Positions 22,249 through 31,694 are shown, counted from the stretch's first letter. The stretch is 64,000 nucleotides of DNA from an uncultured Bacilli bacterium (GCA_934183255.1 CAKPSD010000001.1:517728-581727), one strand, 5' to 3'. Notes: generated by a model not told the origin, from the sequence alone. A program made the numbers and translations.

Positions 22249-23280
22249 ATGAAAGAAAAGTTAATAGAGATTAACTCTAAAAATTTATTATTTAATTATG
22301 AATTTTACAAAAAGAATACTAACAAAAAAATAATAGCAATTGTCAAAGATAATGCTTATGGGCATGGTTTTAAACAAGTTATTGAAGTATTAGATAATAC
22401 TGATAATATAATGTATGCCGTAGCTAATTTAGAAGAAGCACTTGAAGTAATAAAATACACTAAAAAAGATGTTTTAATCTTAGATAAAGTAAATGATTAT
22501 TCTAAAGTTACTAAACAAATGGTAATAACTATTATTAGTAAAGAACATTTATTAGAAATGACAGAGAGTAATTATGATTTAAGGGTTCATTTAAAGATTA
22601 ATACCGGAATGAATAGAAAGGGTATTTTTGAAGAAGAGTTTAATGAAGTAATAGATCTTATAAATGGTTCTCCTCATATTGCTCTTGAAGGAATATATAC
22701 TCATTATGCTAGCAATAAAAAAAGTGATTTAAATAAACAATTTGAGTATTTTAAAAGAACTATAAAAAATATAGATACAAGTAAATATTTAATACACGCT
22801 TCAAGTAGTGTTTCTTCCCTTTTACTAAAAGAAAATGTTACTAATGCCTGTAGAATAGGTATAGGTTTATATGGATTAAATCATAGATATGAAATAATGA
22901 AAGATGTAAAACCTGTTTTAAGTTTATATTCATATGTTGATAAATGCACCTTAGTTAAAAAGAATACTAAAATAGGATATAGTTATATGTTTAAAGCACC
23001 TGCTGACGGATATATTGTATTATCTCCAATTGGATATGGACTTGGTTATTTAATTAGACAAAAATATCACGCTTTTTATAAGGGAGAATATTTAAAGCAA
23101 ATGTGTAGAGTTTGTATGGATTGCTGCATTTACTTTTCTAGTAAATATATAGAAGAAAATGAAAGATTAGAATTAATTGGAGAACATGTAAAAGCAGATG
23201 AAATAGCTAGATTAAATAAATGTAGCCCTTATGAAATAGTTACATTATTAAGTAAAGATATTAAACGAATTGTAATTTAA
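22249..23280 (+). CDS. alr: alanine racemase-like PLP enzyme (short form)
   Basis: PLP-lysine motif AIVKDNAYGHG near the N-terminus. 343 aa. Confidence 0.6.
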   Translation: MKEKLIEINSKNLLFNYEFYKKNTNKKIIAIVKDNAYGHGFKQVIEVLDNTDNIMYAVANLEEALEVIKYTKKDVLILDKVNDYSKVTKQMVITIISKEHLLEMTESNYDLRVHLKINTGMNRKGIFEEEFNEVIDLINGSPHIALEGIYTHYASNKKSDLNKQFEYFKRTIKNIDTSKYLIHASSSVSSLLLKENVTNACRIGIGLYGLNHRYEIMKDVKPVLSLYSYVDKCTLVKKNTKIGYSYMFKAPADGYIVLSPIGYGLGYLIRQKYHAFYKGEYLKQMCRVCMDCCIYFSSKYIEENERLELIGEHVKADEIARLNKCSPYEIVTLLSKDIKRIVI

Positions 23281-23320
23281 AAGTTAAAGTATAACATCAT
23301 TATTATTTCACAAAATAATT

Positions 23321-23737
23321 TTGGTGATTACTTTGAAAACTATATATAAAACATTATGGAAAAGTGGAGCTGTTCTTATTATATTAACTATTATGCTACT
23401 TGGAGCTATCTCCATTTTTTCCATGTCGCAAAAAGGTAAAATTTATTATGGGAGTAGATGTGTATTATCTTTAGATAATAAAGCTATAGATTATTTAAAT
23501 CAAGATGAAATAATAGCGTATGATTACGATTTTAAATGCAATACTCTATATTTAGATTTAAATGTAGATGAAAACATTACTAAAGAAAAATCTAAAGCAT
23601 TACTTGTAAGAATATCTTCATATTATAAATCTATTAATTTTAATAGTAATACCCAAGTATCTTTAAAAGGCAATGACTATCTAATACTTGCTAGTTTAAT
23701 GAATGGTGAAGTAAGTATGACTACATCTACCTTATAA
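23321..23737 (+). CDS. hypothetical membrane-anchored protein
   Basis: TTG start and one N-terminal TM helix. No motif. Confidence 0.35.
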   Translation: MVITLKTIYKTLWKSGAVLIILTIMLLGAISIFSMSQKGKIYYGSRCVLSLDNKAIDYLNQDEIIAYDYDFKCNTLYLDLNVDENITKEKSKALLVRISSYYKSINFNSNTQVSLKGNDYLILASLMNGEVSMTTSTL

Positions 23738-25351
23738 ACTACATTTTTCTTTATAATAGTCATAATTACCATCATATATTTTAATTTTCTTATCTTTAAA
23801 TTCAATTATTTTTTCAGCAAATTTATTAATAAAATATCTATCATGAGATACAAAAATAAAAGTCCCATTAAACTCAGAAATAGCACTTTCTAATACCTCT
23901 TTAGTAGGTATATCTATATGATTAGTAGGCTCATCAAATATCAAGCAATTGACATTAGTTTGAAGTAATATAGCAAGTCTTAATCTAACTCTTTCCCCTC
24001 CAGATAAACTCTTTAATAACTTATTAACTTCTTCTTTATAAAAATAGAAAGTTGCTAAAATACTTCTAGCTTTTTGCTCATCTAAATAAGTTTCACTTTT
24101 AAAATAATCTAATACTTTCACATTATCTTTTTCAAAGTTTATTATTTGAGGTAAATATCCTATTTTTACACTAGGCCCTATAGTTACTTCTCCTTCTACT
24201 TTTAAATCTTGCTTTCCTAATATTGCTTTTAAAAATGTTGATTTTCCACTTCCATTATTACCTAAAAGCGCTACTTTTTCTCTTGCTAAAATTTTCAAAG
24301 AAACATCATCAATTATCTTATCATTATTAGGCTTATAAACACTTAATTGTTTTGTTTCTACTACCACTTTACTGCTCTTCTTATCTTCGTTAAAATCAAT
24401 ATTTAATTTTTTCACTTCTTTTGGCCTTTCTATTTTTTTAGCTAATATTCTATTTAAATTTGTTTGTAACGCATGCGCTCTATCACATAAAGTAGAACTA
24501 TTAGTAGCCATACCTCTTTCTCTAAAATATTTAATTTGGTCTTGTAATCTTTTTATAATTATTTGTTGGTCTTTATAATCACTTAATTGTTTTTCTATTT
24601 CTTTTTCTCTTTCAATCAAATATCCACTATAATTAGTGTTGTATACCTTAGCTTCTGTATCTGTTAAATCTAGTATTTTAGTAGACATCTTATCTAAGAA
24701 ATATCTATCATGTGAAATTATTACGCATGCTCCTTTAAAGTTTTTAATATACTTTTCTAACCATTCTATTCTTTCTATATCTAAATGGTTAGTTGGTTCA
24801 TCTAATAAAAGCAAATCAGGTTTTATTAAAAGAACTTTAGCTAATTGAACTAATGTCTTTTCTCCTCCACTTAAAATATTATAATTTCTTTTTAACATAT
24901 CTTCACTTATTCCAAGTCCTGTACACACAGTATTTATTTTTGTATCTATATCGTAGCCCCCTAAAGAGGAATACTCCTCTAATGCTTTACAATAATTATC
25001 TAAATATTTTTCATAATCTTCTTCCATTAATTTTTCATATTTTTTTATTTTTAAATATAATTCATTTAATGATACAAATGTTTCTCTAAGTATTTCTTCT
25101 ACTAGTTTATCATTAGTTTTATCTGCAATAACCTGATCAAAGTAAGATACTTTTGCATCTTTTTTTATACTAACACTACCACTATCAGTTCTTTCTACTT
25201 TTGCTATTATTTTTAATAAGGTAGACTTTCCACATCCATTTGGTCCTACTATTGATATACTTTCTCCCTCGTTTAAAGAAAAAGTAACATTACTAAATAA
25301 AGTACCATATCCAAAGTTTTTACTAACTTTGTTCACATCTAATATTATCAT
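23732..25351 (-). CDS. ABC-F family ATPase (two ABC domains, no TM domain)
   Basis: Two Walker A sites (GPNGCGKST and GNNGSGKST) and two LSGGE signature motifs. Confidence 0.9.
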   Translation of the reverse strand: MIILDVNKVSKNFGYGTLFSNVTFSLNEGESISIVGPNGCGKSTLLKIIAKVERTDSGSVSIKKDAKVSYFDQVIADKTNDKLVEEILRETFVSLNELYLKIKKYEKLMEEDYEKYLDNYCKALEEYSSLGGYDIDTKINTVCTGLGISEDMLKRNYNILSGGEKTLVQLAKVLLIKPDLLLLDEPTNHLDIERIEWLEKYIKNFKGACVIISHDRYFLDKMSTKILDLTDTEAKVYNTNYSGYLIEREKEIEKQLSDYKDQQIIIKRLQDQIKYFRERGMATNSSTLCDRAHALQTNLNRILAKKIERPKEVKKLNIDFNEDKKSSKVVVETKQLSVYKPNNDKIIDDVSLKILAREKVALLGNNGSGKSTFLKAILGKQDLKVEGEVTIGPSVKIGYLPQIINFEKDNVKVLDYFKSETYLDEQKARSILATFYFYKEEVNKLLKSLSGGERVRLRLAILLQTNVNCLIFDEPTNHIDIPTKEVLESAISEFNGTFIFVSHDRYFINKFAEKIIEFKDKKIKIYDGNYDYYKEKCSL

Positions 25352-25907
25352 TATTTAACACCTCTCTAATTATGCCCTTAAATATAGGCTCATTTCCTTT
25401 ATAACTAAGAGGACTCGCAGGTGAAGGATGATATATAGGTATAACTATTTTCTTTTTATCACCTATCATTATTTCATAACTTTTACCCACTACATCCTTT
25501 AATTTTTCTACTTTAAAACCTAACATTATTTCACTAGGATATTGCCCCATTGTTAAAATAACATCAGCATCAAACTCTTTTATTTGTTCTAGTAAAATGT
25601 TCTTACAATTATATGAACATTCCCTTAATCTTTTTCTATCACTTATTATACATTTACAAACTTCTGTAAAATTAATATCATCTATACTAATATCCACTAT
25701 TTTTAATAACCTATCTAATATCTTTCCTGATGCTTGTAAATTACCTTCTTTATTATAAAAAGGTTTACCAGTAACTATCCATCCATCTTTAGCAGGAGAT
25801 TCTCCTAAAACTAGTATTCTACTACTTCCTTTTTTGGTTGAATCACAAGTTAGTTTTTCTAGATTACCACATTTATTACATTTAATAATTATCTCTTTTA
25901 AATTCAT
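25323..25907 (-). CDS. uracil-DNA glycosylase superfamily protein (family 4-like)
   Basis: GESPAKDGW…GKPF…G and a C-terminal HPSP motif, with an N-terminal Cys cluster. Overlaps the ABC-F start by 29 nt. Confidence 0.55.
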   Translation of the reverse strand: MNLKEIIIKCNKCGNLEKLTCDSTKKGSSRILVLGESPAKDGWIVTGKPFYNKEGNLQASGKILDRLLKIVDISIDDINFTEVCKCIISDRKRLRECSYNCKNILLEQIKEFDADVILTMGQYPSEIMLGFKVEKLKDVVGKSYEIMIGDKKKIVIPIYHPSPASPLSYKGNEPIFKGIIREVLNNDNIRCEQS

Positions 25908-25925
25908 AAAAAACTACTCTCCAAC

Positions 25926-26663
25926 TTACATAATACTACTTACTATATTAACTATACTTTCTAATTCACCTTTATTTTTAAATCTATGATCTGCATTCTC
26001 CATATAGAAGAATCTATAATTTTTAGCATTACCTTTAAAGAACTCTTCATTTTTCTTATAATCTACTACATCATCTTTTTTGCCTTGAATAATATTATAA
26101 GCATACTCATTATTAATGTTATTTATTTTATTATTTAATAAATCATTATAAAAACTCTTATCAATCATTAATTCTTTTTCAAATCCTAAATTAATATTTT
26201 TAGTATTTAGATCATCTTTTGTATAACCATGCTCTTTTAATATATTGTTAATTAAAATCTCATCCATAAATACTGCTGGTGCTCTTAAAATTATTTTATT
26301 AAATTTTATATTAGTTTTATTTAAGTAGTTTAATAAAATGTACCCTCCAAAACTAGTAGCAAAGAAAGATATATCATTATTATAACTACTTATAACATGC
26401 TTGATAACTCTATCTAAATAATCATAACACTCCTTTAATTCTAGCTTTGTATTGTCCTCTCCATGAGATGGTAAATCAAATGCTACTACTAAAGTATTAC
26501 CTTTAGTTAATTTTTTAGCTATTTCTTTTATTGTAGAACTTTCTTTATCTCCTGCAAAACCATGAATTGTTATTAAAACTTTTTTTATTTCCTTTTTTGG
26601 CATGAAAAAAGAACAATAAATATCATTTATCTTAGAATCAATTTGTTCCATTTTCATCACCAC
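25926..26663 (-). CDS. alpha/beta hydrolase
   Basis: HGFAGDKES and nucleophile elbow SFGG. Confidence 0.6.
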   Translation of the reverse strand: MVMKMEQIDSKINDIYCSFFMPKKEIKKVLITIHGFAGDKESSTIKEIAKKLTKGNTLVVAFDLPSHGEDNTKLELKECYDYLDRVIKHVISSYNNDISFFATSFGGYILLNYLNKTNIKFNKIILRAPAVFMDEILINNILKEHGYTKDDLNTKNINLGFEKELMIDKSFYNDLLNNKINNINNEYAYNIIQGKKDDVVDYKKNEEFFKGNAKNYRFFYMENADHRFKNKGELESIVNIVSSIM

Positions 26664-26782
26664 CTACTTTTAGATTTACATTTTTAACTATAAAAGTCAA
26701 GAAAATAACAAATATATACCTTATTTATATATATTTGACACAAATAACTCTAAATGCTAAACTTTTAAAAAGGTGATTAATT

Positions 26783-27337
26783 ATGAGTTTTTATCATGGG
26801 AGTAAAGATTCTAATATTACTACTTTATATTGTAACTATAATAGTTTTAAAGAAGTTTATGTAACAAATGATAAATTAGTAGCTTTAGTATATGCAAGTA
26901 GAGAATTTCCTAATTTGTTTTATCAAATGAAAGATGGAACTATAATTTTTAATGAAATTGTTCCTAACCTATTTAGTAAAATGTTTTCTAATAAAATTTG
27001 CTACATATATACAGCAGAAGATTTAGAATATTCTCCTATTGTTCAAGGAAATCATTGTGCTATGCAAAACTGTTTTTCAATTAATAAAGATGTAAAATTA
27101 ATAAATAAAGAAATAGTTTCTGATTGTGAAAAAGAACTACTAAAATATGTTAAATCTAAAAGACTAATTATAAAAAGAATAAATGATTTATCTATTAATG
27201 AAATAAAAAAGATTATTAATGGGATATTAGCATTAAAAGATTATGATGAATCTAAATTAAGAGGGAAGAAAAACTATACTTCTTACATATTATCTAATGA
27301 ATACATTAAATCTGTATTAGCAAATATGAGTAGATAA
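26783..27337 (+). CDS. hypothetical protein
   Basis: 184-aa ORF, no motif. Confidence 0.4.
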   Translation: MSFYHGSKDSNITTLYCNYNSFKEVYVTNDKLVALVYASREFPNLFYQMKDGTIIFNEIVPNLFSKMFSNKICYIYTAEDLEYSPIVQGNHCAMQNCFSINKDVKLINKEIVSDCEKELLKYVKSKRLIIKRINDLSINEIKKIINGILALKDYDESKLRGKKNYTSYILSNEYIKSVLANMSR

Positions 27338-27500
27338 TAAAATAAACTTAGTTTTTTGAACTTTAATATTCAAATAGTTATTCGTTTAACCTCACAATAA
27401 ATAACAAAGCATACTTTATTGTCACAAATTTTAATATTTTCTCTTTTACTTTTTAAATTAACACATACCAATGATCAGGCATATTATCAACTCCTTTATA

Positions 27501-27529
27501 TTGACATAAAGTCTTTTTAATAATATAAT
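27501..27529 (+). promoter_or_regulatory. orphan consensus sigma-A promoter (TTGACA-17-TATAAT)
   Basis: Exact TTGACA at 27501-27506, a 17-nt spacer and exact TATAAT at 27524-27529. No downstream plus-strand CDS. Confidence 0.45.
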
Positions 27530-27536
27530 TAATTTA

Positions 27537-27600
27537 AGATTAGCGATAGGTTAAGTCCTATCACAGCTTGAATTAAGTTTCAATACCGCTAATCTTTTTT
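27537..27600 (+). ncRNA. candidate small structured RNA / complex terminator (twin hairpins with identical TTAAGT loops)
   Basis: A 9-bp outer stem AGATTAGCG/CGCTAATCT encloses two 5-bp hairpins, each with a TTAAGT loop, followed by a TTTTTT tract. It sits directly downstream of the consensus promoter. Confidence 0.3.
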
Positions 27601-27928
27601 ATTTGTATTTGTCTTTGGCTTTATCAATAATAGAGTCAAAAACTTTTTTATTTTCTTTAGATACTTTCCAAGGCATTTTTCTTCCTGTAGATTTATGCAT
27701 TACTTCTACTTTATTTAATGCATAATTTCTTTTAGTATCATCTTTGTTATCATTCTTTGGTAAAGGAACATTTTTTACTTTATTTGTGTATTCACTATGC
27801 GTTACACCTATACCATAATACTCTGTTTTATTATATTTTCTATCTTCATCAAAGACATAATAACTATGATTTCTTTTGCCTTTATCTCTATTTCTTTTAT
27901 AATAAGGAACAAATTTTTTCTTGCTCAT
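27599..27928 (-). CDS. small basic Lys/Tyr-rich hypothetical protein
   Basis: 109-aa ORF, highly basic, no motif. Confidence 0.35.
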   Translation of the reverse strand: MSKKKFVPYYKRNRDKGKRNHSYYVFDEDRKYNKTEYYGIGVTHSEYTNKVKNVPLPKNDNKDDTKRNYALNKVEVMHKSTGRKMPWKVSKENKKVFDSIIDKAKDKYK

Positions 27929-27934
27929 AAACTA

Positions 27935-28186
27935 TTATCTTTTTTTATTACGTTTATTATGGTTATAAGCTCCAGCACTATCTTTAGCATGAGCTATATA
28001 CCCAGCCCTATATGCTTTTTGTTCATCATCTAATCTTAAGGTCTTACCATTTTTATCAAGTTTAAATTTACGATTGTTAGTTTCTCTAACCCCTCTTTTT
28101 AATTCTCTTGAATACTTCAATAATTTTTCTGATGGATTTAACAATGTAATTGTTTTACCATTTTCTTTTTTTATTTTTACTACCAT
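27935..28186 (-). CDS. small basic hypothetical protein
   Basis: 83-aa ORF, highly basic. Tandem with the previous ORF. Confidence 0.35.
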   Translation of the reverse strand: MVVKIKKENGKTITLLNPSEKLLKYSRELKRGVRETNNRKFKLDKNGKTLRLDDEQKAYRAGYIAHAKDSAGAYNHNKRNKKR

Positions 28187-28410
28187 AATTCATTCCCCTT
28201 TCTAAATAATTATCTCTAGTTTGCATTATTCTTCCATCACCTATTTTATGAGATCTATTTTTGTTTTTTCTTTTCATCACTTTAAATTTATACTTTTTAA
28301 ATTAAAATACTTCGACACTATTTATTATAAAAGAAATTATTTTTGATTAGTGTTAGTCTTGTTTCAATGTAATCTCACAATGAGTTCTAGATTGATTGTA
28401 TTATTATAAA

Positions 28411-28445
28411 CAAATAAAAAAAATAGAGCTTTGTTCGCTCTATTT
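28411..28445 (-). terminator. rho-independent terminator downstream of tRNA-Lys
   Basis: AATAGAGC-loop-GCTCTATT hairpin with an A8 run on the plus strand, which is a U-tract on the minus strand. Confidence 0.5.
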
Positions 28446-28519
28446 TTGTATTCAATAATCATATTGAAATAATATATAGTCATACTAACACTAAAATAGC
28501 ATTAGTTGAAATTTAAAAA

Positions 28520-28595
28520 TGGTGATCCGTACAAGATTCGAACTTGTGACCCATTGATTAAGAGTCAATTGCTCTACCAGCTGAGCTAACGGACC
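28520..28595 (-). tRNA. tRNA-Lys (anticodon CTT)
   Basis: Cloverleaf folded by hand. Anticodon stem ATTGA/TCAAT with loop CTCTTAA. T-arm ACAAG-TTCGAAT-CTTGT. CCA is encoded. Confidence 0.85.
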
Positions 28596-28607
28596 AACTG
28601 CTTTTTT

Positions 28608-28636
28608 ATAATAATGCATTTTTAATCAAATATCAA
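28608..28636 (-). promoter_or_regulatory. putative sigma-A promoter for tRNA-Lys (TTGATA-17-TATTAT)
   Basis: Read on the minus strand: TTGATA, 17 nt, then TATTAT, about 12 nt upstream of the tRNA 5' end. Confidence 0.45.
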
Positions 28637-28753
28637 TAACTTTTTCTAACTTTTATTGATTTTTGCTATAATTCGACAAAATCTCCTATTACAAATATTG
28701 TTTAATATAAAACGTCAGCAATCTTTTTTATAGACAAATAGGGGGAAGGATAA

Positions 28754-29074
28754 ATGAATGATGACACTGTCGCAGTTAATAAAAATAAAATGTACAAATT
28801 AATTAATGTAAAGAAGTATGATAAAGCACGTAGTTATTTATATGAGGAGCAAAATAATGTATATCAAATGGCAATAGAAAGATTAAAACCTTTCATTGAC
28901 CATAAAATTATATATGAAGATGAAGTAGATATTTTTGTTCAAATAATTGAAGAAAATTTAATCTATAATATGTTAAAAGAAGAAGGTAATATACCTATGA
29001 ACTGTATGTTCTTAGATAAAATAATAGATAAAAAGAAAAAATTAGAGTTTTTAAAAAAGATCAGAAATTGCTGA
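28754..29074 (+). CDS. hypothetical protein
   Basis: 106-aa ORF preceded by an extended -10 (TGCTATAAT) and followed by a terminator. Confidence 0.4.
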   Translation: MNDDTVAVNKNKMYKLINVKKYDKARSYLYEEQNNVYQMAIERLKPFIDHKIIYEDEVDIFVQIIEENLIYNMLKEEGNIPMNCMFLDKIIDKKKKLEFLKKIRNC

Positions 29075-29088
29075 TCTTTTTATTTTTT
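29055..29088. terminator. bidirectional rho-independent terminator
   Basis: AAAGATCAG-AAATTG-CTGATCTTT plus a T-run. The A-run gives a U-tract for the minus strand, so it can also terminate the hydrogenase operon. Confidence 0.6.
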
Positions 29089-30510
29089 CTCTAATATTGA
29101 TATTGCATCAGTAATAGTCTTTTCGTATGCCTCTTTACCATAACTATCTACTTCTGCTTTATTCTTTTCTCCATGAGTTAAGCAACCTGCTCCTCCAATA
29201 CAGCCACCAATACAAGCCATACCTTCAATAAAGTTTGCATCTAATACATTTCTATTCTTTTTCATTAAAGCAATCTTACATGCTTCAATTCCATCGCATA
29301 CACATGGTTTTAATTCAAAATCTGTGATATTTTGTTCCTTTAAACCTTCAACTACAGCATCGGCTAATCCACCTGATCTAGCAAATATTCTTCCATAGTA
29401 TGAAGCATTATCTAATACATTTTCACTTAATGCAGTAATATCTATATCTTTACTATCAAATAAAGCTTGCAACTCTTCAAAAGTAATTGCAGAATCTACA
29501 TAAGGCTTAACACTATCTTTTAATATTTCTTTTTTCTTAGCAGTACATGGGCCAATAAAAACTACTTTACAGTTTTCTTCATGCTCTTTTAAATATTTAG
29601 AAATTGTAGCCATTGGAGATAAATTGTGTGAAACATGCTCTTTTAAAGATGGAAAATTCTTTTCTAAATAATCAACAAAAGCAGGGCAACAAGAACTAGT
29701 TAAAAAACCTTTTTCTGCAAGTTCCTTAGATTCTTTTTGCGCAACCATATCTGCTCCTAAAGCTGCTTCAATTACTGTATAGAAACCTAGCTCTTTTAAA
29801 CCAGTTATTACTTGACCTAATTTAGCATAAGTAAATTGGCTTGAAATAGAAGGTGCTACAATTGCATATACTTTATAATTTTTATTATCATTGCTATTCT
29901 TTATGATATCTATAACATTTAAAATATATGACCTATCTGTAATTGCTCCAAATGGGCATTGATAAACACATGCACCACATGATATACACTTTTCATTATC
30001 AATACAAGCTTGTTTATCTTCACCCATTGAAATAGCATTTACTTTACATGCACTTTCACATGGTCTTTTATAGTTATGAATTGCGCTATAAGGGCAAACT
30101 CTAGCACACATGCCACACTCTTTACATTTACTCTTATCAATATGAGCAGTATGGTTACTATCAAAGGTTATTGCACCAAACTTACAGGCACCTTCACATC
30201 TATGAGCAATACACCCTCTACAAGAGTTAGTAACCTCATAACCACCTACTGGACATTCATCACAAGCAATATCTATTACTTGAATAACATTGCTATTATC
30301 TTTATATCCACCCATAGCCATTTTTACTCTTTCCAGTAAAATTGCTCTTTCCTTATATACACAACATCTCATTGTAGGCTTTTTACCTGGAACAATAGTC
30401 ATTGGTATATCTATTGCAGTTTCTGGAAGTGTTCCTTTCCATGCTTCACTAGCTACTTCTCTAAGAACTTGATATTTCAACTCTTGTACTTTTGTATCAA
30501 ATTTTCTCAT
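29080..30510 (-). CDS. [FeFe]-hydrogenase homologue with multi-FeS N-terminus (H-cluster motifs TSSCCPAF / GPCTAKKKE / EGMACIGGCIGG)
   Basis: N-terminal ferredoxin-like Cys clusters. All three H-cluster motifs L1, L2 and L3 are present, but L2 has Gly in place of the canonical Met. Confidence 0.8.
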   Translation of the reverse strand: MRKFDTKVQELKYQVLREVASEAWKGTLPETAIDIPMTIVPGKKPTMRCCVYKERAILLERVKMAMGGYKDNSNVIQVIDIACDECPVGGYEVTNSCRGCIAHRCEGACKFGAITFDSNHTAHIDKSKCKECGMCARVCPYSAIHNYKRPCESACKVNAISMGEDKQACIDNEKCISCGACVYQCPFGAITDRSYILNVIDIIKNSNDNKNYKVYAIVAPSISSQFTYAKLGQVITGLKELGFYTVIEAALGADMVAQKESKELAEKGFLTSSCCPAFVDYLEKNFPSLKEHVSHNLSPMATISKYLKEHEENCKVVFIGPCTAKKKEILKDSVKPYVDSAITFEELQALFDSKDIDITALSENVLDNASYYGRIFARSGGLADAVVEGLKEQNITDFELKPCVCDGIEACKIALMKKNRNVLDANFIEGMACIGGCIGGAGCLTHGEKNKAEVDSYGKEAYEKTITDAISILEKK

Positions 30511-30521
30511 TTATTTACCTC

Positions 30522-31694
30522 CTAAAAATAACTAACTTTTATTCTTTTACCCATTTCTTTCAAACATTTTGATAATTCTTCTGCTAAATTCATTTTTATA
30601 CTAAAACTAATTGGAAGATTTGGATTTTGGTGAGCCGGATTTATTGCTCTACCAACAAAGAAATTTATATCTGTTGCCTCTTCAAATAATAATCTAGCAA
30701 TTAAAGAAGCTCCATCTCTTTCAAAACACCATTTTTCATATAGTGTATTATCTTTTATATAATCTTTTGCATATTCTAACACCCTATTAATAGTAATTAC
30801 TCCCTCTGTCACCAAATCTACTCCATCTATCTTTGAAGTTGGAGGAATATCATTAGAAACAAAATCAAGACTTGTTGTAATTGGCTTATTTAGATACTTT
30901 GAAACCAATGATGAAGTTGTACCTCCACATACAATATGCTTTCCATCTTTAGCAAAAAACAAAGTCATCATTCTATTAACATCATCTCTATTTGATGGTG
31001 GTCCAAATAAAATATTAACAGGTACTCTTTTCTTTACCTTTATAACACATGCAGTTGCATCATCACCAGGCTCATAGCCATATAATCTATCACATTCATT
31101 TATTAATATTGTAGATAATGTTTTTGCAGTATATCCTACCTTACAAAAGCCATCCATGTAATTAATAATATCTTCTCTTTTCCATCCAAAATTATAAGAA
31201 AAGCCAATTCCAGCATGAGGACATCCATCACTCATAGCTATAAAAATATCACCCTCATTAAGTTTAATAACAGATTTATATATTTTCTTTCCACCAATTT
31301 CTAACTCTTCCTTATCATAATCAAAGTTATTACCATCTCTAAACATAATAACTTGTGGATTATCATATTGAATTAATTCAGCTTCTTCATTATTAACAAT
31401 ATGAATAATAGTAAAAGTGGAATACGCTACTCCTCTAACTGAACATATTGGGAGAGTTGCCGCAATTGTCTCTACACAATCTTCAATAGATAATCCTTCT
31501 GCCATCATCGTAGAAATTATTTTAGAAGTTAAGGTAGATAAAATGCTTGCTTTAACACCACTTCCAAGTCCATCTGCTAAAACTATAACTGTAGAGTTAT
31601 CACCTTCGTTTGCAATTTCAACGTGATCTCCGCATAATTGTTCACCTGCATGATTAATACTTTTATAACCTATATCCACACACAAATCATTCAT
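30522..31694 (-). CDS. PP2C-family (SpoIIE/RsbU-like) serine phosphatase with uncharacterised C-terminal domain
   Basis: Metal-binding motif VLADGLGSGVKASILS (compare SpoIIE/RsbU ADGMGxG). ~230-aa phosphatase core plus an unassigned ~160-aa tail. The start overlaps the hydS stop by 8 nt. Confidence 0.7.
   Translation of the reverse strand: MNDLCVDIGYKSINHAGEQLCGDHVEIANEGDNSTVIVLADGLGSGVKASILSTLTSKIISTMMAEGLSIEDCVETIAATLPICSVRGVAYSTFTIIHIVNNEEAELIQYDNPQVIMFRDGNNFDYDKEELEIGGKKIYKSVIKLNEGDIFIAMSDGCPHAGIGFSYNFGWKREDIINYMDGFCKVGYTAKTLSTILINECDRLYGYEPGDDATACVIKVKKRVPVNILFGPPSNRDDVNRMMTLFFAKDGKHIVCGGTTSSLVSKYLNKPITTSLDFVSNDIPPTSKIDGVDLVTEGVITINRVLEYAKDYIKDNTLYEKWCFERDGASLIARLLFEEATDINFFVGRAINPAHQNPNLPISFSIKMNLAEELSKCLKEMGKRIKVSYF

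Noticed and set aside
27338-28753. Prophage or integrative element at tRNA-Lys
   Set aside because: I saw no integrase, repeat-flanked att site or phage structural genes. Only two small basic ORFs are present, so I kept it as a low-confidence islet observation instead.
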